DNA of 64,000 nucleotides from Anthoceros angustus (GCA_010909165.1 MU008159.1:62001-126000), one strand, 5' to 3'. Shown: positions 11,935 to 34,400, counted from the first letter of the stretch. Notes: generated by a model from the letters alone, not told the origin. Translations and numbers: made by a program.

Positions 11935-12890
11935 TCATCTTGACTTGTAATACATGAGGAAAGGGGTTACCTGAATTAGCTTGATTGTTCAACAACTCCA
12001 TTCTTGATTATATAAGTGACCATATAAGATTATATGTAGACATTAACAACAAGATATGAAAGGATATATATTTTTAGGTATTTTAAAAAAATAGGAGTAT
12101 TATTAACCTTTTTGGTGACTTTTCGTCTTTTGGCTGAACTTTGTTTCCAACGCTTAACACGTTTCTTGCTGTTTGCCCTAGTTTTCCTTTTAGGTGCAAC
12201 TTTTGTGCGATACGCTATCCTTCTACGCTTTCTAGATCTTGCATTTTTCTTCTTTCTCCTAATCTTCTTTCTTTTCTTCTTGCGCTTTTTTTTCTTATGA
12301 CCCCTTCCCTTTCTCCACCTTTGTGTAAACTTCTTCTTACGAACTCTTCTCACAACCTTAGTATAGCTTCTTTTTCGTTTCCTATTGTTGGTCACCACTG
12401 GTTGTCTCCTAATAACATAAGCTCGAGTAGCAGCTGCTTTATCTTTTTTAATCTTTTCTTCTTTACTAAGATTGTATTTCCTGTAACTCAAAGTCAATCG
12501 GAATTTTCCTTTGTTCTTGGTTATTTTGTTGGCGGAAACCATTCGCTTTAATTGCTGTGCTAGGTGTTTGCTAAAAGTTTTGGACAATTTGCCCTTGTAC
12601 AAATCAGCGACGTTCTTGGTGATTGCATGTTGGCTACTACCAGCCTTTTGCTTGAGTCCCAAAATTGCATCGCGTATCATGCAAGAATAGGAGGGATGAT
12701 CTGGTCGGAGCCGCGGTTTTCGTTGTTTTTGTCCATGAATTGTTCCATCCAACGCTGTCTGAAGCCCATCTTGATGGAGACCTTGATGCACTTTATCCTC
12801 TACATGGTTGTGACCTTGTTGCTCACCATGGATAGGCCCTGTACGAGGTGGAGAGCTTGCCTCCGGTGGTAGCACCACCTCCGTGGCCAT
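11935..12890 (-). CDS. Linker histone H1-like protein with Arg/Lys-rich protamine-like C-terminal tail
   Basis: GH1/H15 winged-helix domain HPSYSCMIRDAILGLKQKAGSSQHAITK...LAQQLKRMVSANKITKNKGKFRL, an MATE start, and a very basic tail. A probable terminal intron at 12107-11971 gives the last exon VTPFLMYYKSR*; the unspliced ORF ends at 12030. Confidence 0.85.
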
Positions 12891-13823
12891 TCCCTGCGGA
12901 GGTTGCTACATTTGGTAGAAGGGAAGAGGAGGAAAAGGACGAGGACCAAAGGAAAAAGTGTGGGAAGCAAAGAGAAGGAAATTGAGCTGGTGCTTGTAAA
13001 GGTGCAAAAACATGATTGTTTTTATTTTGCTGGTGCCTAGTTATAAAACAGTGTGCGGCTAGCGCGGTAACCGTCTGCCCAAAATTCCAAAATGCCTATA
13101 CACGAAAGACCTAAAATTGTACCCACCCGAGCCGACGTGGCGGGGCAATGCGCATATCAACATCAACATCCTCCCTCTGTTTTCACAGTATATACCTGCA
13201 TGTACAGAAAGTTGGTACCATGGTGTCTTGCACGTACTGCCGGTGACCGGTCCCCGTCGCAGCAGGTGATGCTGGTGTATCGGTCGGGTCGGCGCGGGCT
13301 TATGAGCTGCCTACGAGTCTGGAAGAGAGGTGGGGTGAGCTGCGTTGCACCACAACTGTGCTGCGCTGAGCTTCAGAGATGGCGGACGCAGGTGGGGCCG
13401 GTCGTGAGATTCTCCAGTCAGTCTATGCCTCACGGCGCAGCTTTGAGGAAACTTCACGCCATCTTATTACTCTCCCCCCTCCTCTCCCACTGCAATGCAG
13501 CTAGTGCTGAGTGCCCATCCTCTTGCTAGTTAGGTACCTCGAGCTGGTTCCTCTCACCTGGAGGCCTTCTGAACACCAGCTTTCCAGAACGTTCCCCTAC
13601 CCCCCACCCCCCCCATCCTTGTCACTAATTTCGATTCCATCCCGACGGCGAGCACGACCACTTCTTTTCAGATTGTGCGCCGTCTCCATGCATCCGCGGA
13701 CTGGCATTGCCACAATAACTTTGTGAACGCGAAGGCCTGCTTCCTCTCTTCTCCTTGCTTCCGCATCAGTTGCTGAATCAGATCCGCCGCCGGCCCAAGC
13801 CAGGGCTTTCAGCTCCAGCCAGC

Positions 13824-14685
13824 ATGGTTGGCTACAGCGAGGTATGCTGCTTTCCGGCCTTCAATTTTCTGCGCTCGCTATCGGTGTCGGTAGGGTTGCG
13901 CATTTGGTGCAAATTGTGCAATAACCTTTGTGCAATGCAGGATTTCTTCGTGAGGAACTGGGATCGATACTACGGTCCGTTTAACAATTGTGGTAATCAG
14001 TGTATACCCCCTCCTCCCCCCCCAAAGAAGGAGGAGAAGAAAGAGGAGAAGAAGGAGGAAAAGAAGGAGGAGAAGAAGGAGGAAAAGAAGGAGGAGAAGA
14101 AGGAGGAGAAGAAGGAGGAGAAGAAGGAGGAAAAGAAAGAGGAAAAGAAGGAGGAGAAGAAGCCCGATCCACCGAAACCTAAGGTGCCTTGCTCTCAATT
14201 TGATGTTTGCGCCCTGGCCTTGACTTTGTTTTCTCTCAGGACCTCAATTTGTGCGATGCCATGCGATGCAGCCAATCAACGTCAAAGTGCGCATCTGCTG
14301 TCAGAAATGTGTCAAGGATCTCACCTACGCTCTCTCTGGAACGCCTGGTAGGCATCCTATCCTCGAGACTCCGATCCCATCCGATCGAGTTTAGCGCGAT
14401 TGTTTTTTTCTGACCGTCTCCAGGTTGCATTTTTCTTTCTTATCACACGGTGCTCACAGCTGTGGAAATCCTCCATGTGCAGGAATTGAGAGCTTCAGCA
14501 TCAACATATCCGGGCAGAAGGTATCTGTGGTTGGAGCAAGTTTGAAGCCCGACGAAATTCTCAAGATCATCAAGAAGGTTAAGAAGACTTCTGAGTTGAT
14601 ACCCGATCCGCCACCACCACCGAAGAAGGAGGAGAAGAAGGACGACAAGAAAGGAGACGATAAAAAAGGTGATGCCAAAAAATGA
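13824..14685 (+). CDS. HMA-domain protein with poly-Pro and (KKEE)n tract
   Basis: Exons 13824-13841, 13941-14183, 14272-14347 and 14483-14685: MVGYSE|DFFVRNW...PPPPPP(KKEE)n...PKPK|PINVKVRICCQKCVKDLTYALSGTP|GIESFSINISGQKVSVVGASLKPDEILKIIKKVKKTSEL... Confidence 0.85.
14025..14163 (+). repeat. Coding 12-bp repeat (AAGAAGGAGGAG)n = (KKEE)x11
   Basis: Visible directly; synonymous AAA/AAG and GAA/GAG variants occur between units. Confidence 0.92.
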
Positions 14686-17275
14686 CGTGCGTCGCGCTTT
14701 CTTCTTTTCCTCTTAGCTAGACTACATACCTGGAATCGTGGTGGAGGCTGCTGCCCATCCGTGACTCCCAAGTCCCTGGCTCCCGGGGGCCCCCAGGGAG
14801 GGAGGTACTCGGGACAGCCCAGGCTCCAGGTCCAGTCCAGCCAGCCATGTGTGGCAATGTGGAAGCCGCCTCATTGGCGCTTGCCTTCTGCTTTTTATAA
14901 CCGAATCCTTCAGATCTAGCCGGTAACGTGTGGTGGTATGCCTTCGCGCTTTCTTTTATTGGTCCGAAGGAAGAGATCGTCGTCTGACAAGCTTGCCAGA
15001 ACCCCGCGTGCATATTGCGTTGCATCCCGAAATGACTGATGGAGCAGCTCCTGACTTCGCCCTTGAGTCTTGGGCCACTGTGGGTGCCCAATGCCTATGC
15101 CTATGCTGGCTGCCGGTTTTCTGTAGCCAGGCTGTTTCGTTATTAGCCAGGGAACTAGTTGCCTGCCTTCTGTCGGCTCCTGACCCAGGTTTCCTGCTTC
15201 CCAACACAAGGTCAAGGTCTGACACACAATTATTTCTGCAACTCACCTGGGTACAAACAAGTTCTGGCAAATGGATAGCCAATGGATACAACCAGCTTTG
15301 GGATCTTTGTACACAACTTTGGCATAAAGGAAACGGTGTACATTATCTCACTCCTCGAGTGGATCCTCCATAACCAACAGCGTTGCCAACAAACTGTCTC
15401 TTCATCAGCCGTCCCGAAAACAGGGTCCGGGGGCCAGGTTCAATAGGTCATGATTTGAGACAATGCACCCAAACTTGGCTGCCGCTCAATCCTGATTCCC
15501 GGTAACGACACCCGTCCCGTTACTTAGGGTTTAACGCCGCCGTACGAGTCACACGAGGATTGCCGCGGCACAAATCACTAACGATCTTCCAAGGGCAGCA
15601 GCGGCCACCACCGCCATCGCGAGGCAGGTGTTTGTCTTCAGCATCACTGCCACGCATTCGGATGTATTGTAAAATGACCAACCTGCATCCACTGTGGATT
15701 TGACGCATTTACAATCTCTCGAAGCAAGGAAATCATACCTTTCAAGGCAACAGTGTTTGCTGACAAAGTCAGAACGTCGATTATCAGACTCGTCTTGGCC
15801 GGAAACTCCCACACCTGATGGTGCAGAACATCATGAGCTCGAAACCAATGCGCTGCTCAGACTCCACCTAGGCAAATTCATTAGAAAGTCTTACCAGCAT
15901 GGCGACTAGGAAGACCTTGAAGTAGCTGGATATAAGAAGTGCACGTAGCAACTCTGAGAGTCTGTTCTACGGGACAAGATGTCAGAACAAGCAAGCCTAG
16001 AGAGTGCCGGATGCGAAGCCCACGTTTGGTTCAAGAATCCAGAGCCTGACTAACCTCAAGTATGACGAAGTAGGTCTTGAAACTACCTCAGCACCAAGAG
16101 CCACAGTCCACATAAACTGCAAACTTGGAATGCACACTTGCAAGAGCATCTGCCATTTCTTTCAGACTCAGCATCCAAAGTTATAACGAGACCCTTCCCT
16201 CGCCGGCTTTAAATTCCTCACCTCCTTGTCGAACTTCACCGACTAGAACAAGTGATATTGACATAGAAAGCCCTTTCTGCCAATGACTGCCAGCTACTAC
16301 ATGGGCTAAAGGATGCGTAGGACAAACCGCATACGGCGCTAAAGGATGCATAGGACAAACCATACCTGTCTTAAGCTTGTGAAGAGGGCTGAACGACTAT
16401 CCCATCGGAAAACATGTCCCTTATTTGAACATTGCCAGGCTGAACTCTCGATGTCAAGCGTTAAACAAAATCTCTACGAAGGACATGCATGTTTGTCATG
16501 CATCGGTTGCAAACATAAAGGATACATGAAAAATCTACTAGAAGAAGCAGACTCGCACTCCACAGTAAACCCTGCACAACACCCCGGAATTTTGAGAAAA
16601 TCAAGGGTTCAATTCGGGCGTGTCGCACAACAATGTCCGTTTAAGACGCAATACCCTATGAAGGCCGGTATTCCACGTGGCGCAGCCATTGAACAAAACA
16701 TGCCGATAGGCCTCGGGTTTGAGCAATATCAAATTGATGACGACGATCTGGGGTGCGAGAAAGCAAAAGCTCAAGTGCACTCTATCCTAACTCGCTTTGA
16801 AGGAGCCCATAAAGAGAAGAACGCAAAGCTCTGCAACCAAGCAACGAGTGCAGCATTCCAACAACCCTCACCAAAAACTCGTACTCAACATACTCGTCCA
16901 CAGTCCGCCCGCATTTATTCTGTCACCAGTCAAGCACGGAGTCCGGAATTTGAGCCACCTACAGACCCTGGAATCGAGTTTAACCACGGCCACTGCTGGT
17001 AGCTGGAGATGACACTTACGCAGACACAGAGTCGGATGTTGCCAGGAGAATAGAGCACGAAAACCGAGGGCGCGGGAGTAGCGCAGTGCACGCATATTTT
17101 CTGCGCTGTGGGTGCCATGGCAACCCTGCTAGGTGGAGTACCGCAAGGTATAGTCTGGCGAGCATTTAGCTCGAAATCGGAAACGTGTCCCCAATTTCCA
17201 AAAGCCCAATTCTGTTGATGTTGGATCGGGACTCGGAGTCCAAAATGCTTGCAAATGTCATGCCATCAAATACCA

Positions 17276-18521
17276 TTAACAAAATAGGCTTTCGCGCGTT
17301 TCCACACCCGTGACTGGATTTACGCCTGTGGCTTTCTTGCACATCTTCAGTCTCTGAGACTTGTCCAGGATGGCTTCCGTGAAATCAGCCCCCGTGATGT
17401 CCGCATCTGCAAAATGGAAGCCACTTTGAGGTGTATGGAGCCATGGCCCTACGGCGTTCTGCCTCTACCTGGCACTAACTGACCTTCAAATTGCGACCCA
17501 CTTAGGATAGCGTTGGTGAAGTTCGCTGCCGGACTCAACACAAGCCATGGATGAATTAGGTCCGGGGGGTTAAAAAGCAATAGAGTGTGTGAGTCTGCGA
17601 TAAGTGTTATAAGGATGTGCGCACCATTTTGCAGGTTGGAACTGCGAAAGACAACCCGATCCGCCAAAGCCCTAACCCTGGCAACCGCAGGAAACAAATG
17701 TGAGCAATATCTGAAGAAGGGAGGAAGTGCAGTACCTAGTACACAACTACTGAGAGGACGAGGCTGAGAGAAGAATGAGTCTAGTACCAGCTGGTATTCT
17801 TGAGGTTGGCCCCTTGAAAGCCAGCGAAAGTGTCCGTGGTGTTATCCAGGTTGGACCCTTCAAGATTTATTTGTCTACAGTCACAAGCTGCAAACAAGAC
17901 CCTACAAGTGGTTTGTCTGCACGGTAGCAAGAAACGAGAAGGCGAAAGGTTGGGGTTGGGGACCGGTTTGTACCTGCAAAAACGGCTCCTCGTAGGTCCT
18001 GCTGCGAGAGGTCGGCACCTCGCATTTCAGCATGGTCGTAGCTCTGTCATCCCATTCCAGATTCAGAAGTAGTAAAATTACGTGCCTGCTACAAAGCTGG
18101 CGCGTCGGCGTGGAATTGCATACCAGGAAATTGGCGAGGGCGGTGGGTGCAGAAACAGCCAAGGTGCCGACCGAGATTCCCAGCAACGCACCGGCAGCAA
18201 TGCTGCTCAACCCTTCCCTGACTTGCTGCCTTCGCTTGCTCGATCCCTCCGAGTCGGCGAGCCCTTGGTTGCTCCTCACTCCATTGCACGATTCTGCATT
18301 AGTTGTCTTGGCTACAGTGTGGACTAGATTGGAAGTCCTTAGGCCAGTCTACACAGAGACAGGAAGGAGCATGTCACCACATGGGGGCTCCTCACGACAG
18401 ATCGGTCACGGCAGCACGGCATTGGAAGAGCAATCACCGGAGCCACAGGCAATCGAGGATTCCGAGAGTACAACGGGACAAAGATGGAGGCAGCGCAACA
18501 CCTCAGGCTTAAAGCCTCCAT
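17276..18521 (-). CDS. Thylakoid-lumen pentapeptide-repeat protein
   Basis: Spliced product has a transit peptide and a hydrophobic segment ending ALA, then NFL|[23 protein letters not shown]|[34 protein letters not shown]|[17 protein letters not shown]|[14 protein letters not shown]|[43 protein letters not shown]. Shows A(D/N)LXX repeats and the C-terminal C...GVNPVTG..TRESL.C motif. Confidence 0.88.
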
Positions 18522-18823
18522 CTCTTCAACAAAACTCCTTCCCGTACCTTCAACCACTCGTGTCCCTAAGTTGCTCTACCACTGGTGCACCTACTGTCTT
18601 CCTTTGTGTTGCCACGGAGACTTCCCACACACAGTCACGAGCTGGATGGATTTCCGTGGGTAAAGTCCCCCATACCCTTACTGAACAACCCCACCCCTCG
18701 TTATAAAAAATGAAAGGTTACCAGAATACAAAGGATCCATCACCCTAACCAGGGCGACAGAAAGAATAGGCTTCCTAGAGGCCATCATCCTACGAGAAAG
18801 CAGATTCCAGTCAAAGGTTACAG

Positions 18824-29214
<10,391 letters not shown>

Positions 29215-30519
29215 ATGGCGGCAGCGCTGCGGGCAGGCCAGGCGGCGGCCCCTCTCAGCTCCGCGGCCGTGCGTGGCGCATCCCTGGAATTCGTCGACAA
29301 GGCCGCTGCATCCCGAATCGCGAGGTTGCGGAGAAGCGCGGCCGGCCGGCCGGCATCGCTGTTGCGCGTGGTGGCTGGCAGGAAGGAGGATGCCGATGCT
29401 GCCCCCTCCGCGGCTCCCGTGGTGGCCGCCAGCAGCGTGGCCGCGGCGTTGCTGCTGGACGCAGGGGCAGGGCCTGCTAAGGCGCTGACGGCTCAGGACA
29501 TCGAGGCGGCCATCCTCAGGGCGCAGGAGCTAGTGGCGCAGGCCACGGAGTTCGGCGGCTCGGCGTACGAGACCGGCAGGGGCGTGGTGGAGCAGGTGGT
29601 GGTGACGCTGAAGCCGGCCGTGGACGTCGTGGTGCCGGTGGTGAAGGACGCAGTCAGCGCGGCCCTGGAGGCGGCGGGGCCGCTGGCGTCCGACCTGCTG
29701 GCGCAGGCGCAGAAGGCGCTGCAGAGCGCGGGACTGGACATCACGCCCGTGGTGGAGGTGTCCAAGACGGCGGCGTCCGTGGCCTCGGAGGCGGCCGGGG
29801 AGGCTTCCGTGCTGCTCAAGGAGGCGGAGCCCGTGGCGTCTTCCACCCTGGAGCAAGTGCTGGCGGCGGATCCGCTCTTCCTGGCGGGCGGCGCTGGCGC
29901 GCTCATCCTCCTCTACCTCACCGCGCCGGTTCTGCTGTCGTCCGTGGCGTTCGCGGCGCGGGGCTATGCCGGGGACTTCACGGCCCCGCAAGCGCTGGAC
30001 CTGCTGTCGCAGCAGGACTACGCGCTCATCGACGTGCGCACGGAGAAGGAGAAGGGGAAGACGGGAGTCCCCAGCCTGCCCAAGAACGCCAAGAGCAAGT
30101 ATATCGTGGTGCCCGTGGAGGAGTTCGCGTCCAAGCTCAAGTCGCAGCTGCGGAACTCGCGGAAGGTGGAGGCGGAGGTGGCGGCCATCAAGATCTCGTC
30201 CCTCAAGCGCCTCAACAAGGGCTCCAAGATCATCATCATCGACTCTCAGGGCGACATCGCCAAGGTGGTGGCCAAGGCGCTCAACGTGCTGGGATTCAAG
30301 AACGCCTGGGTGGTGAGCGACGGATTCGACGGCTCCAAGGGCTGGGTGCAGAGCCGCCTCGGCACCGATTCCTACGGCTCCTCCTTCGCCGAGGTGCTGG
30401 CCCCCTCCCGCATCATCCCCGCTGCCACCAACCTCTTCTCCGGGGGCTCCTCCAAGTCATCAACCGTGGAGGTGACGGCAGGTAACCGTCGCCTTCTTCC
30501 CGGCGGATTTGACGAGTAG
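29215..30519 (+). CDS. CAS: Chloroplast calcium-sensing receptor (thylakoid, rhodanese-like domain), single exon
   Basis: Transit peptide, a transmembrane segment (LFLAGGAGALILLYLTAP), then RGYAGDFTAPQALDLL..LIDVRTEKEKGKTGVPSLP..LRNSRKVEAEVAAIKIS.LKRLNKGS..GFKNAWVVSDGFDGSKGWVQSRLGTDSY, all characteristic of CAS. ATG at 29215 (the ORF track starts upstream). Confidence 0.95.
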   Translation: MAAALRAGQAAAPLSSAAVRGASLEFVDKAAASRIARLRRSAAGRPASLLRVVAGRKEDADAAPSAAPVVAASSVAAALLLDAGAGPAKALTAQDIEAAILRAQELVAQATEFGGSAYETGRGVVEQVVVTLKPAVDVVVPVVKDAVSAALEAAGPLASDLLAQAQKALQSAGLDITPVVEVSKTAASVASEAAGEASVLLKEAEPVASSTLEQVLAADPLFLAGGAGALILLYLTAPVLLSSVAFAARGYAGDFTAPQALDLLSQQDYALIDVRTEKEKGKTGVPSLPKNAKSKYIVVPVEEFASKLKSQLRNSRKVEAEVAAIKISSLKRLNKGSKIIIIDSQGDIAKVVAKALNVLGFKNAWVVSDGFDGSKGWVQSRLGTDSYGSSFAEVLAPSRIIPAATNLFSGGSSKSSTVEVTAGNRRLLPGGFDE

Positions 30520-32599
30520 GAAGGAGTAGTAGTCACACCGCGCTCCTGCTACTCACATCAGCAGCAGCGCGCCGCAGCGCAATCTAGCCGACCAGCTAGG
30601 ATCGCATCATCCCGTTCTCTTCCACCCACCTGTATTTCGATCATCGTCGTGTTCACGGCTGCGCATTGCAAGGCAAGATGCAATGCACTGTTGTGCGGTC
30701 CGCTCTCAAAGTTTCTCCCCTAATCTTCACACACATCCCGGGAGAAAGGCCTTGAATTTGCATACCCTTATATGTAGAGGGGAAGGATAGGGAATCCTGT
30801 ACCATCCGTTTGCTTTGTGTCCGTGCATCACCGTGTGCGAGGGAGTAGTGCATCAGTGGCAAAGGCCAGAGAAGAAGAGTGTTGAGTGTACTTGCTTTTT
30901 TCCCGCCATTGGGTTACCTACTGGTTGTGCGCACCTGCGTCCAGATACTTCCTTCTCAACTGTATGCCGTCCACACTCCATCCCAGATTTTGTGGTTGCG
31001 GTAATTACAGACCGCCCAAAGCTCACACTGCGTCCGCGGCCTGACAGGGGCTGACATCCGACGCTGTCCAGACATACATATATTCTACGAGAGAACTTGG
31101 AGAAAGCTCTTCCTCTTTCTACTATTCCTCTTCCACCAGCCTCATCAAGCAAGCGTTGACGTACGCAAACATCCCAAGGGGAATCAAAAGGGAATTCCAT
31201 TCCTGTCCACCAGAAAGACCAAGATAACGTGGGTGTCAAAAGCGTCTCTTCTTGGTCACGTGGAATCTGACAGAAAGCCCATGTTTGCTCCACACTGAAG
31301 CTGATCATCAACCAAAAACGTTCAAGCATGAGTCTTCAATCACGTCCAATGAAAAGTCCTATTGAAGTGAAGATACACCCAGTCTGGAATTCAGGTGAAA
31401 CTATGCAGAAGACACAGAAACACGCTGTCCAGCAGAGTTGGCAAGGTTGGCTAACCAGCCTTCCATGCCCTTCACGAATTTGGACGCAACACTTCAGAAT
31501 CACTGCTTCCTAGGAGGAGCAGGCACTGAGTAGGGCTCCTCTTTATGCAAACGGCCAGGCAAGAATTCCACTCTGCTGGACAGGTGAACCCGGGGGTCGT
31601 GGAGATCTTCCTTTGCTGATGCTTTGCAAGCTAGGTCTTCATACCTTTTACAAGACGAGTCATCGACACTGATATCATCTCTCTCGTTGTTACGAGTCAG
31701 GGTAGATATTTTTAATCGTTGTTAGCTGGGTAGGTATTTGAAGTGTTAACAAGTTGTTATCAACAGCTCATTCACTTGACTTGTAGCAGCTTTTTAGTCC
31801 TAGTCCTTGAATAAAATTCTTCTTCTTCTTCTTGGCGATGTAGCTGGGCTAGTAGAGATTTGAGACGAAGCGGGGCGGGTGCGTTCTCGGAGTTTGGTGG
31901 TATGGGTGGGCTGATGTTTGGCTCGGAGCGTTGTTGTTAATGGATTGGGCGACGCGGAGCGATTTTCTTTTGGGGATTTTTCTAGTTTCTCTTTTTTGCC
32001 ATGGCCCCCTTTTTCCACGTCAAGGACACTCCTTATCTCGTGTGCGGGAAATTATTCAACCTCGGGGGTCAGGAGTCTCTCTCAGGAGGCTCAGTCTTTG
32101 GTTCAGGAAGACTTCGATCGGACTACTTGGGAGGCTCAGCTAAGCTTGGTTCTTCCTCGACTACTATCCTTCCGACTCCGGATATCCCCCTTAGGCCCTC
32201 TCTGAAATCTTGGCAGTGGTTGCGAGGGCAGTTTGATCACCTCCTCGATTTATATGAAGCGCGTTCCCCGGGACCTTGCTTTTTCTGGCGCCTCCTGAGG
32301 CGCCTTCAAGACGACATCTGCCTTGAACACGATATCTTGTGAAGGGGGTGAATATTCACGAAGGGGGTTTCACGGGAAATATCCCCTGAAGGGGGTTTGA
32401 CATGGGTCCGCAACTCGTGGTTATAGAGGTATGAATGAATATAGGCGAGAAAAGAAGGGTGAACTTTCGTGTGAAGCATTGACATGAGGTTCATTTCTTG
32501 CCAGCGAAGGGTTAAGGTGCAAGAGGTAACCCTATTTTGGGTGCATATAAGACCCATGTGAAGGACCATTCCTGCCTGCCACTGCTGGTCTTCCTCGCC

Positions 32600-34400
32600 A
32601 AAAAACCCTTAACATTCATAAAAAGGACGGTGATCAGTGGATGAGCTGCGAACCCGCTGATGGCCAGGGACCGAAGGATGTTTAAGGAGTAGGGTGCCGG
32701 CCGGCCGGCGCCCTATTTCTGGCGTTGCTCTGACCTATTGGGAAAGGCGGGTAGTAGCAGGGCCTTTGCTCGCTGTGTGTACACAAAGACCATATGTGTG
32801 GGGTGAGTGGGTGGCTTCCGCACACCATAAATTGAGCCCAAGAATATAATCACATTGTTAAAACCCAAAGACTACAATCGGCATACGGGAAAACGTGGGC
32901 GCCGACTGGTTCCCGCCGTCATATCGCACACACAAACATGCCCGGCGGGCTACACATGTGTTGCTCGCCAATATGCCGAATGCCAAGCCCTTAACTACTG
33001 ACATACTTCCTCCATGTCCTGCTTGTACGAGAAATGGCTTGCACATCGAAAATTCTATAGCATGTGAAGTCTCAGGTATCAGGAGAAAGCACAACCAATA
33101 TTCTATCATCATGTTACACTCTTTTGAGACATATGTGCTAGCAACACTGCACTTAGCCTCCCAAGATCCCATGCAAGATGACATAACATTCGAGGGCTTT
33201 CTACTCTTCCGGCGCCACTCCATCATCTTCTGGGTCCCAAGCATCATGACCATCATCTTCACTATCCTCGGTGGGACTTTCACTCGGGTTGAATGAAGCC
33301 TCAACGCAATGAACTTCTCTTTGATTGCCTTCTTATCTACAGTACAAGTGTCTCCGCGTAGTCAATGTGAACCCATAATAGAGGATGAGTTTCGTGAACA
33401 AAAACCTTTTGGATATTTTTTGATGGATGGATTTCGCTCCCCTTTTTCCTGCATTGCTCATGATCAGTAGCATCCTCCGATTAAATATTCTTCTACGACC
33501 GTGCATCCGTGTTCGATTCTGTACCAATGAACAAGGAAGTGAGGTGGCGAATTGAACAGCGATTGCCTGCCAATCAAAAGGGTGTTATGCGTGTTCCGCA
33601 ACTGCACAAACATCCCTGCCTTTATTTCCGATATCACCATTCCACCGTTCCATTTCTTGTTGCCTCCCGTGTTTGGTATGCTCCCAAATACATATCTCGT
33701 TGTGGAGGTCCCTTAGCAATGCCTCCTCCAAAGACGCCACATCCGGAACATGGAGAGGTTGTTGCATCCACTTCCGATCTTGAGTACCATTTCCAAGGAT
33801 TCGTAGCACAAGGCCAATGTTGTTTTGCACACAAGAATCTCCTCTTGGTCCAACCGTAAAGCTTCCCACCATAAAAACTCCTGTGATGTCACATAAGGCC
33901 TAAGTTCAAAGACCATCCTTAAGATGGGCAACGGCTGATTGGTGATAATGTCACCGTGTTCCTTTTATCCCTTGACCGCAGCGGCGTGAGGGGCGCAATG
34001 TTATAGTCGGAAGGACAAATTTGAAACTCAAACCCCTTCCGCTTCCCATTGTGGCGAGGTGGAATCGCTTGCTCGATAATCCACGAACCCGCGTCCGCTT
34101 TCTCTTCACGGGTTATTTTAAATGCTTGGAACGATAAGTTGTTCAATCTCTTTACCGCCCATAAGTGAGGCCTCTCGCCTTGTCTAATAGGCCACATATG
34201 ACCGAAAGTCTGCCACTTCAGTCAATATCTTTACCTCTGGTGACGGAGTGTACGCATGCATCAAGATCTCTGACAATGCGGGCAGGGTGTGAGCCTCTTT
34301 CCCTACTAGAAATGGCCCCCTATGTTACAGTCGTTGTTGCAATTTTATGTTACACTTGTAACTTGCAACATCATTTGGAGGCTTGGTATTAAGTTTGTCA
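32600..34400 (-). pseudogene. Degenerate Cys-rich transposon accessory ORF, possibly related to 46900-48300
   Basis: Frameshifted coding-like fragments with weak resemblance to ORFs 47205-47741 and 46960-47220. Family not recognised. Confidence 0.3.

Noticed and set aside
13878-14223. Poly-Arg and poly-Leu ORFs suggesting another protamine or a membrane protein
   Set aside because: These are alternative frames and the antisense of the (KKEE)n coding repeat.
16346-17002. 218-aa + strand ORF
   Set aside because: No motif or exon context recognised; it lies downstream of the pentapeptide gene 3' end.
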